A stretch of 32,000 bases of DNA, taken from the NCBI GenBank assembly GCA_910579865.1, contig CAJTXA010000001.1, forward strand, positions 161,852 to 193,851, written 5' to 3'. The DNA is from an uncultured Lachnospiraceae bacterium (lineage in GTDB: Bacteria > Bacillota > Clostridia > Lachnospirales > Lachnospiraceae). How positions within the stretch are numbered: position 1 is the first letter of the stretch; each line of letters starts with the position of its first letter. The position numbers and the translations under genes were made by a program. The notes under the pieces are model-generated. The model searched no databases. It worked only from the letters and a program-made list of their open reading frames with translations, and had not been told where the DNA came from. Below, piece by piece: positions 17,472-27,033 of the stretch.

Positions 17472-17513
17472 AAATAGAAAATAGACAATCACTCATAAAA
17501 GAATGATTGTCTA
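17472..17513 (-). terminator. intrinsic terminator after prfA
   Basis: The minus strand reads TAGACAATCA, a 12-nt loop, TGATTGTCTA, then TTTTCTATTT. It lies about 50 nt downstream of the prfA stop. Confidence 0.7.
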
Positions 17514-17566
17514 CAATCTGATATATTTTTTACCAAACCAGCAAGAATTTAGCAACAATCCGCCTT

Positions 17567-18643
17567 TTAAGTCTCTTCATTCAATTTACTTAAGCGGATT
17601 GCCTGATCCGCAGCAATACAAGCATCTATAATTTCCTGAATATCACCATCTAGTATTTTATCTAACTTATAAAGCGTTAAATTAATCCGATGATCGGTCA
17701 CACGCCCTTGTGGAAAATTATAAGTACGAATTTTTTCTGACCGATCCCCTGTTCCAATTTGACTTCGCCGTAATTCTGCCTCTGCATCATGTGCCTTTTG
17801 CTGTTCTATATCATATAATTTCGCCCGCAGCAGTGCAAAAGCTTTTGCTTTATTTTGAAGTTGTGATTTTTCTGTCTGGCTATATACCACAATTCCAGTT
17901 GGATAATGTGTTAAACGAACGGCTGAATCTGTTGTATTGACACATTGTCCTCCATTTCCAGAAGCTCTCATTACATCAATTCGAATATCCTTTTCATCAA
18001 TTACAATATCCACATCTTCTACCTCTGGCATTACTGCTACCGTAACAGTAGAAGTATGAATCCGTCCGCCTGATTCCGTTTCTGGTACACGCTGTACACG
18101 ATGCACACCACTTTCATATTTTAATTTTGAATATGCACCCTGTCCGCTAATCATAAAATTCACTTCTTTCATTCCGCCGATTCCTGTCTCGTCCACTCCA
18201 ACCAATTCTACACGCCAACGATGACTTTCTGCATAATGCACATACATCCGATAAATTTCTGCTGCAAATAAGGCAGCTTCTTCTCCTCCAGCACCTGCAC
18301 GAATCTCTACAATTACATTTTTATCATCATTTGGATCTTTTGGAAGCAGCAAAACCTTTAACTTTTGTTCTAATTCTTCCATTGTTGTCTTTGCATTTGA
18401 AAACTCTTCTTTTAACAGTGCCCGCATCTCTTCCTCTTTTTCTTCCTCTAACATAGCTACACTGTCGTCCATTGTTTCTTTCGCTTTTTTATATTCTATA
18501 TAAGTTTCCACTAATGGAGTTAAATCACTTTGTTCCTTCATCAATTTACGAAAACGATTTTGATCATTTGCAACATCTGGACAATTCAGTTCTTCCATAA
18601 TTTCATGATAACGCAAAACTAACATTTCTAACTTATCAAACAT
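17567..18643 (-). CDS. prfA: peptide chain release factor 1
   Basis: GGQ motif ([16 protein letters not shown]). RF1-type PxT tripeptide (VPETES). 358 aa. No frameshift site, as expected for prfA rather than prfB. Confidence 0.95.
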   Translation of the reverse strand: MFDKLEMLVLRYHEIMEELNCPDVANDQNRFRKLMKEQSDLTPLVETYIEYKKAKETMDDSVAMLEEEKEEEMRALLKEEFSNAKTTMEELEQKLKVLLLPKDPNDDKNVIVEIRAGAGGEEAALFAAEIYRMYVHYAESHRWRVELVGVDETGIGGMKEVNFMISGQGAYSKLKYESGVHRVQRVPETESGGRIHTSTVTVAVMPEVEDVDIVIDEKDIRIDVMRASGNGGQCVNTTDSAVRLTHYPTGIVVYSQTEKSQLQNKAKAFALLRAKLYDIEQQKAHDAEAELRRSQIGTGDRSEKIRTYNFPQGRVTDHRINLTLYKLDKILDGDIQEIIDACIAADQAIRLSKLNEET

Positions 18644-19535
18644 GCTCTATACACCCTTTCTTTTTTTCTTTTCCCTTCCATATTCCAAAACAGATCCGAT
18701 CAAGTCCTGCTAAGTCCTTCTTTACTTGTACTTTTAAAAATCCATTCTCTTTTAAAAGGGCAGATACCTTCTCTCCTTGATCCGATCCAATCTCCAAATA
18801 TAACATTCCCCCAGAATTTAAATAATTTCCTGCCTCTTTTGCTAATATCCGATAAAAAAAAAGTCCATCTTCTTTTCCATCTAGTGCAGAAAAAGGCTCA
18901 TATTCCTTTACTTCTTCTGTTAACGTTTCTATGATTGTAGTAGCAATATAAGGAGGATTGGAAACAATGCAGTCAAATTTTTCTTCTATCTGCTCAAACA
19001 TATCTGTACAAATCCATTCTACTGCTTTTGTCCCTTTTTTAAGAAATCCACCTTTATATAACATTTCTTCATTTTTTTTTGCAACCTTTAATGCTTCTAA
19101 AGAAAAATCAGCTCCAACTGCCAAAAAAGGAGTACAAAAATGCACTAAACTCAAAAGAATACATCCAGAACCTGTACACATATCCAACACTTTTTTTCCT
19201 GGTTTTAGATTTTTTCTTACTTCTTCTACCAAAACTTCTGTATCTTGTCTAGGAATTAGTACATGAGAATTTACCAAAAAAGGTAGCCCCATAAATACCT
19301 GCTCCCCAGTTAAATACTGTAAAGGAACATGTTTCATTCGTCTTTCAATCAGCTTTTGATACTGTTCTATCTGCTCCTCTTTACAAATCCTTTCTCTATC
19401 ACTAAAATAAATCGTACGATTTATTCCTGTTACATATTCTAGCAGACACCAAGCATCCCAATCCGCATTTTCAATCTTTGCTTCTTTTAACTTTTCTATT
19501 CCCTGCAGCAATACTTCACTGATCGTCAGCTTCAT
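18636..19535 (-). CDS. prmC: release-factor glutamine N5-methyltransferase
   Basis: NPPY motif (IVSNPPYI). SAM-binding motif [11 protein letters not shown]. It overlaps the prfA start by 8 nt. I prefer the ATG at 19533-19535 (MKLTISEV) with GAGGAAGGG upstream, rather than the track's GTG extension. Confidence 0.9.
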   Translation of the reverse strand: MKLTISEVLLQGIEKLKEAKIENADWDAWCLLEYVTGINRTIYFSDRERICKEEQIEQYQKLIERRMKHVPLQYLTGEQVFMGLPFLVNSHVLIPRQDTEVLVEEVRKNLKPGKKVLDMCTGSGCILLSLVHFCTPFLAVGADFSLEALKVAKKNEEMLYKGGFLKKGTKAVEWICTDMFEQIEEKFDCIVSNPPYIATTIIETLTEEVKEYEPFSALDGKEDGLFFYRILAKEAGNYLNSGGMLYLEIGSDQGEKVSALLKENGFLKVQVKKDLAGLDRICFGIWKGKEKKKGCIEHV

Positions 19536-20514
19536 AAAACTCAAACCCTTCCTCTGCACGCATAATATCTGCTTCCTCTTTTGAAAGATAACCTTGTTCT
19601 ACTTGCCAAGTTTTCCAATCAAATACTGCTTCTACTGCCTGAATTGCCACTTCTATCATACTGTCATCTGGTTCCTTTGTTGTCAGCTTCTGCATCCACA
19701 TTCCAGGCTTACTCAACCATTCCACTAAAACAGAATCACTATTTCCTGCAAATCGAATAAATTCATAAGATACTCCAGCAATCACTGGAATTAAAAGCAG
19801 CCGGATTACTACACGCATAACTGGACTACTTGTTTGAATAAAGAAAAAAAACACCATACTAATAATCATAACAATTAGTAAAAAACTAGTTCCACACCGC
19901 CTATGCTGCTTTGAACTTACCCGTACATTCTCTATAGTAAGAGGAAGTCCTGATTCAATACAATTAATACACTTATGTTCTGCTCCATGATACATAAAAG
20001 TTCTGCGAATATCTTTCATACAAGATATTAATAAAATATATCCAATAAAAATAGTAATTCGAATTACTCCTTCTATCAAAGCCATTAATTTTGTTGAAAT
20101 AACATAAGGTGCTAAAAAGTCAGAAATCAAGTAAGGTAAAATCATAAATAGTGCTACTGCTGCCACTATAGAAAAGCACACAGTAGCTCCCATAACTACA
20201 GCTTCTGCTTTTTCCTTAAATAATTGATTTAATGCTTGATCCGCTTTTGATGGCTTGCTGTTCTCATCTTCTTCATAAAAAGATGCTGAAAATGTCAATG
20301 TTTTCATTCCTAATACCAAAGAATCAATAAAACTTAGTACTCCTCTTACGATTGGAAAATTTCTTACCATTTTATTTTTTACAATTCCCTGATAATTTTT
20401 AATATCTATCGCAATCTCTTGATCTGGCTTACGAACAGCTACTGCATACTGTTCCTGATTTTTCATCATAATCCCTTCAATCACAGCCTGACCACCAATT
20501 CCCGATGATTTCAT
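19516..20514 (-). CDS. DUF1385-like membrane protein (YqhQ-like)
   Basis: MKSSGIGGQAVIEGIMM N-terminus and HGAEHK motif, with several TM helices. The usual position between rpmE and prmC. I prefer the start at M29 of the track ORF, with AAAGGAAAG upstream. Confidence 0.8.
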   Translation of the reverse strand: MKSSGIGGQAVIEGIMMKNQEQYAVAVRKPDQEIAIDIKNYQGIVKNKMVRNFPIVRGVLSFIDSLVLGMKTLTFSASFYEEDENSKPSKADQALNQLFKEKAEAVVMGATVCFSIVAAVALFMILPYLISDFLAPYVISTKLMALIEGVIRITIFIGYILLISCMKDIRRTFMYHGAEHKCINCIESGLPLTIENVRVSSKQHRRCGTSFLLIVMIISMVFFFFIQTSSPVMRVVIRLLLIPVIAGVSYEFIRFAGNSDSVLVEWLSKPGMWMQKLTTKEPDDSMIEVAIQAVEAVFDWKTWQVEQGYLSKEEADIMRAEEGFEFYEADDQ

Positions 20515-20604
20515 ATTGTTCTTTCCTTTCTTTTTATTGCCTCTCTTTGTACATAAAAAATTAGGTTGAGATTCGAAAACCTCAACCCACATCCCCATTC
20601 TTTC

Positions 20605-20814
20605 TTAGTTATTGTTTGAAAAGCCATATTTTTTGTTAAACTTATCCACACGTCCACGAGCGATATTTGCCTTTTGCTGACCTGTATAGAAAGAATGACA
20701 TTTCGAACAAATTTCTACATGGATATCCTTCTTTGTCGATCCTGTTACAAATTCATTTCCACAGTTACAAACGACTTTTGCCTGATAATATGCTGGATGG
20801 ATTCCTTCTCTCAT
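20605..20814 (-). CDS. rpmE: 50S ribosomal protein L31 (zinc-ribbon type)
   Basis: [11 protein letters not shown]-terminus. CNCG...CSKCH cysteine pairs. 69 aa. GAGGTGA RBS. Confidence 0.95.
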   Translation of the reverse strand: MREGIHPAYYQAKVVCNCGNEFVTGSTKKDIHVEICSKCHSFYTGQQKANIARGRVDKFNKKYGFSNNN

Positions 20815-20901
20815 GTTTATTCACCTCACAAAAATATTTTGCAGTTTTAACTGCATTTTAAATTGGCACAACCAATCTTTTTTCTCATAAACAGCTTTTT
20901 T

Positions 20902-20930
20902 ACTATACCATAAAAAACCTTAAAATGCAA
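20902..20930 (-). promoter_or_regulatory. sigma-A-type promoter for rpmE
   Basis: The minus strand reads TTGCAT, then a 17-nt spacer ending in TGG, then TATAGT. It lies about 90 nt upstream of the rpmE ATG. Confidence 0.55.
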
Positions 20931-20957
20931 GTACGAATTTTCTTTTTTCCTACTTTT

Positions 20958-22595
20958 CTATAGGCGCATCCGCTTTACTTGCTGTACAAACTCAATATTA
21001 TCCTTTGTTTTTGCAAACATATCAATAATCTGCTCCACTGCTTCATCTGCACGCATCCCGCTGGTCGCTTTTCGGATAATCTCCATTGCTTCTTGTTCTT
21101 GTGCAGTTAAAAGTAAATCATCCCTTCTTGTACTCGACTTTAAAATATCAATTGCTGGGAAAATTCGCTTTTCTTGCAGTTTCCGATTTAATGTCAATTC
21201 CATATTTCCAGTTCCTTTAAATTCCTCATAAATTACATCATCCATTTTACTTCCTGTTTCAATCAAAGCAGTTGCCAATACAGTAAGGCTTCCACCTTCC
21301 CGCATATTACGAGCAGCTCCAAAAAACCGCTTTGGCATATGAAGTGCAGCAGGATCTAAACCACCAGAAAGTGTTCTTCCACTTGGAGGAACCACTAAGT
21401 TATAGGCTCTTGCCAAACGGGTAATACTATCTAATAAAATCACTACATCCTGCTTATACTCTACTAAACGCTTTGCCCGTTCTAAAACCATCTCTGAAAC
21501 ACGCTTATGATGCTCTGGTAATTCATCAAATGTAGAATATACCACTTCCACATTTCGCCCTTCAATCGATTCCCGAATATCCGTTACTTCCTCTGGACGC
21601 TCATCAATCAAAAGAATAATCAAATAAACATCTCTATGATTTTTTGTAATTGATTTTGCAATTTCTTTTAATAAAGTTGTTTTTCCTGCCTTTGGCGGAG
21701 CTACAATCATACCACGCTGCCCTTTTCCCACTGGAGACATCATATCTACAATACGCATAGAAACATTTTTCGTATCTGTCGCCATATGCAATCGTTCATT
21801 TGGAAAAATTGGCGTTAATTCTTCAAAATTTGGTCTTTTTGTTGCATCTTCTGGATGCATCCCATTAATGCTTTTTACATAAAGTAATGCAGCAAACTTC
21901 TCATTTTGATTTCTTACACGCAAGTTTCCAACTACAATATCTCCTGTTTTTAAATTCAATTTACGAATTTGTGCTGGTGAAACATAAACATCATTATCCC
22001 CTGGCATATAATTATTACTTCGAATAAATCCAAACCCATCTGTCATTACTTCTAATACACCACTTGCAACAATTCCACTATCTAATTGAGCCAACTCTTC
22101 TTGAGATTTTACCTGAATTACAGTGCCATCTTCCATTTTTCCTGCATTGACTAATCCTTCCCGATTTTCTACGGAAAACACTGGTCGCTTTCCTATATCT
22201 TGCACACGCCTTTGTGTATTTCCATTTTGAAAGGATCGCTGCTGTTTTTCCCCACCTTCTCGAACTCCCTCTTTCCCTTCTTTATTATTTATATTACTTT
22301 CTTTTGCAGAATTTACTTTAAAATTATTTTCTTTTTCTTTATTGTAATAAGTATGTTCTACTCCTTCTTTTAAAGATACAGGTGCTTTTTTTACAATTAT
22401 TTTTTCTTCGAATCCTTGTTTTTGTTCTATAATAGGCAGTTGTGCTGATATTGACACTTTTTCTTCCTGTTTTTTATCTTTTTCATTCATTAGTAACGCA
22501 AGCAGTTCCGATTTTCTCATCGCAGTTGTTCCTTTCAGCCCCATTTTCTTCGCTGCTGCTCTTAATTCCACTAAAGACATCTCTTCGTAATTCAT
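20958..22595 (-). CDS. rho: transcription termination factor Rho with a long N-terminal insertion
   Basis: Rho_N helix ([16 protein letters not shown]). CSD RNA-binding motif (DGFGFIRS). Walker A (APPKAGKT). C-terminal RecA-like core. I prefer the start at MNYEEMSL, with GGAAAGGTGAG upstream. Confidence 0.95.
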   Translation of the reverse strand: MNYEEMSLVELRAAAKKMGLKGTTAMRKSELLALLMNEKDKKQEEKVSISAQLPIIEQKQGFEEKIIVKKAPVSLKEGVEHTYYNKEKENNFKVNSAKESNINNKEGKEGVREGGEKQQRSFQNGNTQRRVQDIGKRPVFSVENREGLVNAGKMEDGTVIQVKSQEELAQLDSGIVASGVLEVMTDGFGFIRSNNYMPGDNDVYVSPAQIRKLNLKTGDIVVGNLRVRNQNEKFAALLYVKSINGMHPEDATKRPNFEELTPIFPNERLHMATDTKNVSMRIVDMMSPVGKGQRGMIVAPPKAGKTTLLKEIAKSITKNHRDVYLIILLIDERPEEVTDIRESIEGRNVEVVYSTFDELPEHHKRVSEMVLERAKRLVEYKQDVVILLDSITRLARAYNLVVPPSGRTLSGGLDPAALHMPKRFFGAARNMREGGSLTVLATALIETGSKMDDVIYEEFKGTGNMELTLNRKLQEKRIFPAIDILKSSTRRDDLLLTAQEQEAMEIIRKATSGMRADEAVEQIIDMFAKTKDNIEFVQQVKRMRL

Positions 22596-22830
22596 AATCT
22601 CACCTTTCCATGTCATGTATTATAAAATTGTATAACGGGATTTTTTTGACTTCATAATTTCATATTGATAGACATATTTAGAATCATCATTGTCAATATC
22701 TGGCTCTCTAATAAAATTGATTATACAACATATTTTTGAAAATAGAAAGTACTTTTTTATATTTCCACCTCTTTTCACCTTTATTTTTATTTATTCTATC
22801 AATCATTCACCTATCCTATAAAAAAATCTA

Positions 22831-22860
22831 TTGATCTATTTTCTTTCTCTATGCTACAAT
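22831..22860 (+). promoter_or_regulatory. sigma-A-type promoter for the malic enzyme operon
   Basis: TTGATC, then an 18-nt spacer ending in TGC, then TACAAT. It lies about 65 nt upstream of the ATG at 22926. Confidence 0.5.
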
Positions 22861-22925
22861 AAAGACCGATAAGCTCTACTAAAATAATTCTTATTTTAAT
22901 TTAAATGAAAGATGGGAGAAAACAA

Positions 22926-24077
22926 ATGACCACAAGTGAAAAAGCTCTATTATTACATGAAAAATGGAAAGGTAAAATCGAAACTACCCCAAAATGTGCG
23001 ATTCAATCTAGAGAAGATCTGGCATTAGCCTATACACCAGGAGTAGCAGAACCTTGTAAAGTAATCGCACAAAAAAAAGAAGCCGCCTATCAATATACAC
23101 TAAAAGCCAACACTGTAGCAGTTGTATCTGATGGCAGTGCTGTTTTAGGACTTGGCAATATCGGGGCTTATGCTGCTATGCCAGTTATGGAAGGAAAAGC
23201 TGCTTTATTTAAAGCATTTGGTGGTATTAATGCCTTTCCAATCTGTTTAGATACACAAGATACCGAAGAAATTATCCAAACAATTGTTCATATTGCTCCT
23301 GCTTTTGGAGGTATTAACTTAGAAGATATCTCTGCTCCTCGCTGTTTTGAAATTGAAGAACGTTTAAAAAAGCTCTTAGATATTCCAGTTTTTCATGACG
23401 ATCAGCATGGAACTGCTATTGTTGTTCTTGCTGGTATTATTAATGCACTAAAAGTCGTTGGTAAAGAAAAAAAACAATGTAAAATTGTAGTAAATGGCGC
23501 TGGCTCTGCTGGTATTGCTATCACCAAATTACTCCTTACTTATGGCTTCCCTTTTATTACTATGTGTGATAAATCTGGAATTTTGTCTAAAACAACAGAA
23601 AACCTAAACTGGATGCAGAAACAAATGGTAGAACTCACAAACCTAGAAGGAAAAACTGGCTCTTTAGCAGATGCTCTAAAAGGTGCAGATATTTTTATTG
23701 GTGTATCTGCTCCTAATATTGTTACAAAAGAAATGGTTTCTTCTATGAATCAGGATGCAATTCTTTTTGCAATGGCAAATCCTATTCCAGAAATTATGCC
23801 TGATATTGCCAAAGCCGCTGGAGCAAGAGTAGTTGGCACAGGCCGATCGGATTTTCCAAATCAAGTCAACAATGTAGTTGCTTTTCCTGGTATCTTTAAA
23901 GGCGCATTAGAAGGACGTGCAAAGCAGATTACAGAAGAGATGAAACTAGCAGCAGCAACTGCAATTGCAAGTCTTGTTTCTGATGAAGAATTAAGTGATG
24001 AAAATATTATGCCGCAAGCTTTTGATCCTCGTGTTGCTGAAATAGTCAGCAATGCAGTAAAAAGCCATATAAACTAA
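22926..24077 (+). CDS. NAD(P)-dependent malic enzyme (short form)
   Basis: Motifs YTPGVAEPC, VVSDGSAVLGLGNIGAYAAMPVMEGKAALFK and NGAGSAGIAI. I prefer the start at the second ATG (MTTSEKALLLHEKWKGKIE), which has GGGAGA 7 nt upstream. The track's start at 22905 has no RBS. Confidence 0.9.
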   Translation: MTTSEKALLLHEKWKGKIETTPKCAIQSREDLALAYTPGVAEPCKVIAQKKEAAYQYTLKANTVAVVSDGSAVLGLGNIGAYAAMPVMEGKAALFKAFGGINAFPICLDTQDTEEIIQTIVHIAPAFGGINLEDISAPRCFEIEERLKKLLDIPVFHDDQHGTAIVVLAGIINALKVVGKEKKQCKIVVNGAGSAGIAITKLLLTYGFPFITMCDKSGILSKTTENLNWMQKQMVELTNLEGKTGSLADALKGADIFIGVSAPNIVTKEMVSSMNQDAILFAMANPIPEIMPDIAKAAGARVVGTGRSDFPNQVNNVVAFPGIFKGALEGRAKQITEEMKLAAATAIASLVSDEELSDENIMPQAFDPRVAEIVSNAVKSHIN

Positions 24078-24078
24078 T

Positions 24079-25014
24079 ATGGACTGGAACCAAAAACCTT
24101 ATTATTCTTTAGATTTTTATTTAAAACAAACCTATGGAGAAAAAATCTATCGGCTTGCTTTAAATGGTGGTATGAACTGTCCAAATCGGGATGGTATGGT
24201 TGGAACAGGAGGCTGTATTTTTTGCAGTGCTGGTGGTTCTGGCGACTTTGCTGCCTCCCATCTGCTCTCCATTACCGAACAAATTGAACAGGAAAAGAAA
24301 AAAATTCAAAAAAAACGGCATTGTAACCATTATATCGCTTATTTTCAAGCCTATACAAATACCTATGCACCAGTTGAAACCTTACGTCTTCTTTTTACAG
24401 AAGCAATTTCTCATCCAGATATTGTAATTCTTTCCATTGCTACACGCCCGGACTGTTTAGGAAAACCCGTTTTAGACCTATTAGAAGAACTCAACCAAAT
24501 CAAACCTGTATGGATTGAATTAGGTTTGCAAACAATGCATAATAAAACTGCTGACTTTATCCATCGTGGCTATCCACTTTTTGTATATGAAGATGCTGTC
24601 ATGCAGCTTAAAAAACGGCATCTTACTGTAATTACACATATTATTTTAGGACTTCCCTATGAAACAAATGCAGATATGCTTTCTACAATTTCCTATCTTA
24701 ATCAAATTGGCTGTGATGGAATTAAGTTGCAGCTTCTGCATATTTTACGTGGCACACAACTTGCAGAACTTTATCAAAAACAACTTTTTTCTGTTCTTAC
24801 ACAAGAGGAATACCTTTCTATTCTTATTCAATGTATTGAACAATTATCACCAGATATCGTTATTCATCGTGTTACTGGAGATGGGCCAAAAGACTTACTT
24901 TTAGCTCCTCTATGGAGTCAAAATAAACGTGGTGTATTAAATTCACTTCATCGAGAAATGAAACTGCGTGGTGCCTATCAGGGAAGGAGCCTACTATGTC
25001 AACAGAAGTACTGA
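24079..25014 (+). CDS. radical SAM protein, TIGR01212/YhcC-like (function unknown)
   Basis: CPNRDGMVGTGGCIFC cluster-binding region near the N-terminus. About 311 aa. The ATG is 1 nt after the malic enzyme stop. Confidence 0.8.
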   Translation: MDWNQKPYYSLDFYLKQTYGEKIYRLALNGGMNCPNRDGMVGTGGCIFCSAGGSGDFAASHLLSITEQIEQEKKKIQKKRHCNHYIAYFQAYTNTYAPVETLRLLFTEAISHPDIVILSIATRPDCLGKPVLDLLEELNQIKPVWIELGLQTMHNKTADFIHRGYPLFVYEDAVMQLKKRHLTVITHIILGLPYETNADMLSTISYLNQIGCDGIKLQLLHILRGTQLAELYQKQLFSVLTQEEYLSILIQCIEQLSPDIVIHRVTGDGPKDLLLAPLWSQNKRGVLNSLHREMKLRGAYQGRSLLCQQKY

Positions 25015-25520
25015 CTCTATACAAATTAATGGTATTATATATGTTAAGTAAGGTTAATTTTCCTCTTACTAATGCACAAATCTCCAATTTTATACTAGGA
25101 AAAGAATATACCAATTACTTTACCTTACAGCGAATCTTATCTGAGCTCTTAGATGTAGCTCTTATTAGTACAAAAACCATTCGTCATACCACTTATTACT
25201 TAATGACTTCACAAGGAGAAGAAACCCTTCGTTTTTTTGGAAATAAAGTATCTGACTTGATTAAAGAAGAAATCGATGCCTATTTAATTGAAAACAAATA
25301 TGAACTTCGCAATGAAGTTGGAACCATTGCTGATTATTATAAATCGACAAATAAGGATTATATTGTTCACTGTCAGGTTAAAGAAGGTTCCTCTACTCTA
25401 ATTGAGTTAAATATTGCTGTACCAACGGAAGAATATGCGGAACGAATGTGTTTTAATTGGCGGGATAACAGTCAAGATATTTACTCTTACATTATGACTG
25501 CGCTTAATCATAAGGCATAA
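24996..25520 (+). CDS. DUF4364-like small protein (predicted winged-helix)
   Basis: 174 aa. N-terminus LTLYKLMVLYMLSKVNFPLTNAQISNFIL. GGAAGGAG RBS 7 nt before the ATG. It overlaps the radical SAM gene by 19 nt. Confidence 0.7.
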   Translation: MSTEVLTLYKLMVLYMLSKVNFPLTNAQISNFILGKEYTNYFTLQRILSELLDVALISTKTIRHTTYYLMTSQGEETLRFFGNKVSDLIKEEIDAYLIENKYELRNEVGTIADYYKSTNKDYIVHCQVKEGSSTLIELNIAVPTEEYAERMCFNWRDNSQDIYSYIMTALNHKA

Positions 25521-25524
25521 AAAG

Positions 25525-25563
25525 GCTGCTGCATTTGTAATCTTTTTTTACTGATGCAGCAGC
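25525..25563. terminator. putative shared terminator hairpin between convergent genes
   Basis: GCTGCTGCAT, a 19-nt loop, then ATGCAGCAGC (10-bp stem). It lies between the DUF4364-like stop (25520) and the spoVFB stop (25575). The flanking T-tracts are poor. Confidence 0.45.
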
Positions 25564-25574
25564 TTAAGCTTTGC

Positions 25575-26180
25575 TTAACGTCCAAAACACTGATGAATTG
25601 GACTAAGAATTACTGGTTGTATCTGTTTTCCTTCTAATGCTTCTTCTAATGTTGTAAGAATTAAATCCGTATGCGCAATCATTGAATTTGGTTTTCCTAC
25701 ACAGCTATCCTGTCCAAATGGGACAAAATATACATGTTTTGTATTCATCAATAATCCAATATTTTTTAAATTCATACTAAGTGAATCATTACTAGATAAC
25801 GAAATTACCAATGGCCGATTATTTCTTAGATGTGATTTTGCTGCCATTAATACAGGAGTATCTGTAATTCCATTTGCAAATTTCGCCAGTGTATTTCCAG
25901 TACAAGGAGCAATCAATAAAATATCAAAAAGATTTTTTGGCCCAATTGGTTCTGCTTCTGGTATTGTAAGAATTGGGGTATTTCCAGTAATCTCTTCTGC
26001 CTTTTTTAAAAAATCCTCTGCCTTTCCAAAACGAGAATCTATACTTTTCGCATGATTTGAAAAAATGGGTGTTACTTTTGCTCCTTCTTCTACTAAGTGT
26101 TTCATCTCCGTATAAATTTTCTCATACATACAAAAGGAACCGGTCAAAGCCATTCCTATTCTTTTATCATATAACCTCAT
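25575..26180 (-). CDS. spoVFB: dipicolinate synthase subunit B (flavoprotein)
   Basis: Collinear with B. subtilis SpoVFB: KRIGMALTGSFC, AEPIGPK, APCTGNTLAKFANGITDTPVLMAAK, NNRPLV and FVPFGQD..GKPNSM. I prefer the start at MRLYDKRIG, with GAGGGA upstream. Confidence 0.9.
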   Translation of the reverse strand: MRLYDKRIGMALTGSFCMYEKIYTEMKHLVEEGAKVTPIFSNHAKSIDSRFGKAEDFLKKAEEITGNTPILTIPEAEPIGPKNLFDILLIAPCTGNTLAKFANGITDTPVLMAAKSHLRNNRPLVISLSSNDSLSMNLKNIGLLMNTKHVYFVPFGQDSCVGKPNSMIAHTDLILTTLEEALEGKQIQPVILSPIHQCFGR

Positions 26181-26239
26181 AAGGAATCCCTCTTTTCCTA
26201 TCCTGGTACAAGACTTCTGTAACTTTGCTAAATGGTTGT

Positions 26240-26968
26240 TCATTCCTCTTGTGCCAGTAAAATTTCACATAATTTTTTAGCGGAAGATTTCGCAGCAAAA
26301 CGTCCAGGAATTCTTAAAATTTGAACTGCTTTTATCTGATGAGTTTTTGCTGCCTTATAATCAATTCCTCCTTCTTTCGATGCAATATCAATTAAGATCA
26401 CATCCTTCCTTAGTTTTTCCAAAACGTTATCTGTAACAAGTACGGCAGGAACTGTATTAAAAAGATAATAAAATTCTTTTGCTTTTTCTACAAGCTCCTC
26501 AACCCAAATCACTTGATGCCCCTCTTTTTCGGCAGCTTTTGCCGCTTCTTCTCTTCTTACTACTACAGTTGTTTTGGCTCCTAATGCCTTACATTTTTCT
26601 GCCAGCACACGACCACAAGTTCCAAATCCTAAAATACATACAGAACTACCTTCTAGATTCCATGGACTCATTAGTATAGCATGTGCAATAGCCCCTTCTG
26701 CTGTAGCAATTGCATTAAAATTTTTACATCTTTTATCTGTCAGCATATGAAAAAAAACTGCCCCTTTCTCTTTCAGAGCAGTTTCTATTTCTTGTGGTAT
26801 TCTTCCGACTACACAAACCGTTTTTTTCCCCTGTTCAATCGGGTAACGTTCCAAAGTCTCTATCTCTAATTCTTTCTGAATATACATTACCTGTTTTCCC
26901 TTTTGCTTTAACATCTTATAAAGTTCCTCTAATCGTTTATCCTGACCAATTAAAAGATAAGCCGTCAT
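26240..26968 (-). CDS. spoVFA: dipicolinate synthase subunit A
   Basis: ATAEGAIAHAIL...GSSVCILGFGTCGRVLAEKCKALGAKTTVVVRR is collinear with the B. subtilis SpoVFA NAD-binding region. It lies directly upstream of spoVFB. The N-terminal domain is shorter than in B. subtilis. Confidence 0.85.
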   Translation of the reverse strand: MTAYLLIGQDKRLEELYKMLKQKGKQVMYIQKELEIETLERYPIEQGKKTVCVVGRIPQEIETALKEKGAVFFHMLTDKRCKNFNAIATAEGAIAHAILMSPWNLEGSSVCILGFGTCGRVLAEKCKALGAKTTVVVRREEAAKAAEKEGHQVIWVEELVEKAKEFYYLFNTVPAVLVTDNVLEKLRKDVILIDIASKEGGIDYKAAKTHQIKAVQILRIPGRFAAKSSAKKLCEILLAQEE

Positions 26969-27005
26969 ATTCTTTTCCTTTCAGAACAATTTTGTTCTTA
27001 CACTA

Positions 27006-27033
27006 TATCATATGTAAAAAAGAAGGCAGAGGT
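27006..27033 (-). promoter_or_regulatory. mother-cell sigma (sigma-K/sigma-E)-type promoter candidate for spoVFAB
   Basis: The minus strand reads AC, then 17 nt, then CATATGATA. This matches the sigma-K pattern AC-16/17-CATAnnnTA. It lies about 40 nt upstream of the spoVFA ATG. Confidence 0.45.

Noticed and set aside
23676-24052. Minus-strand ORFs (62 and 63 aa) inside the malic enzyme gene, and similar antisense ORFs in proC, parC, prfA, prmC, HD-GYP, spoVFA, araC and the radical SAM gene.
   Set aside because: All lie inside genes with clear conserved motifs on the opposite strand. None has independent start signals.
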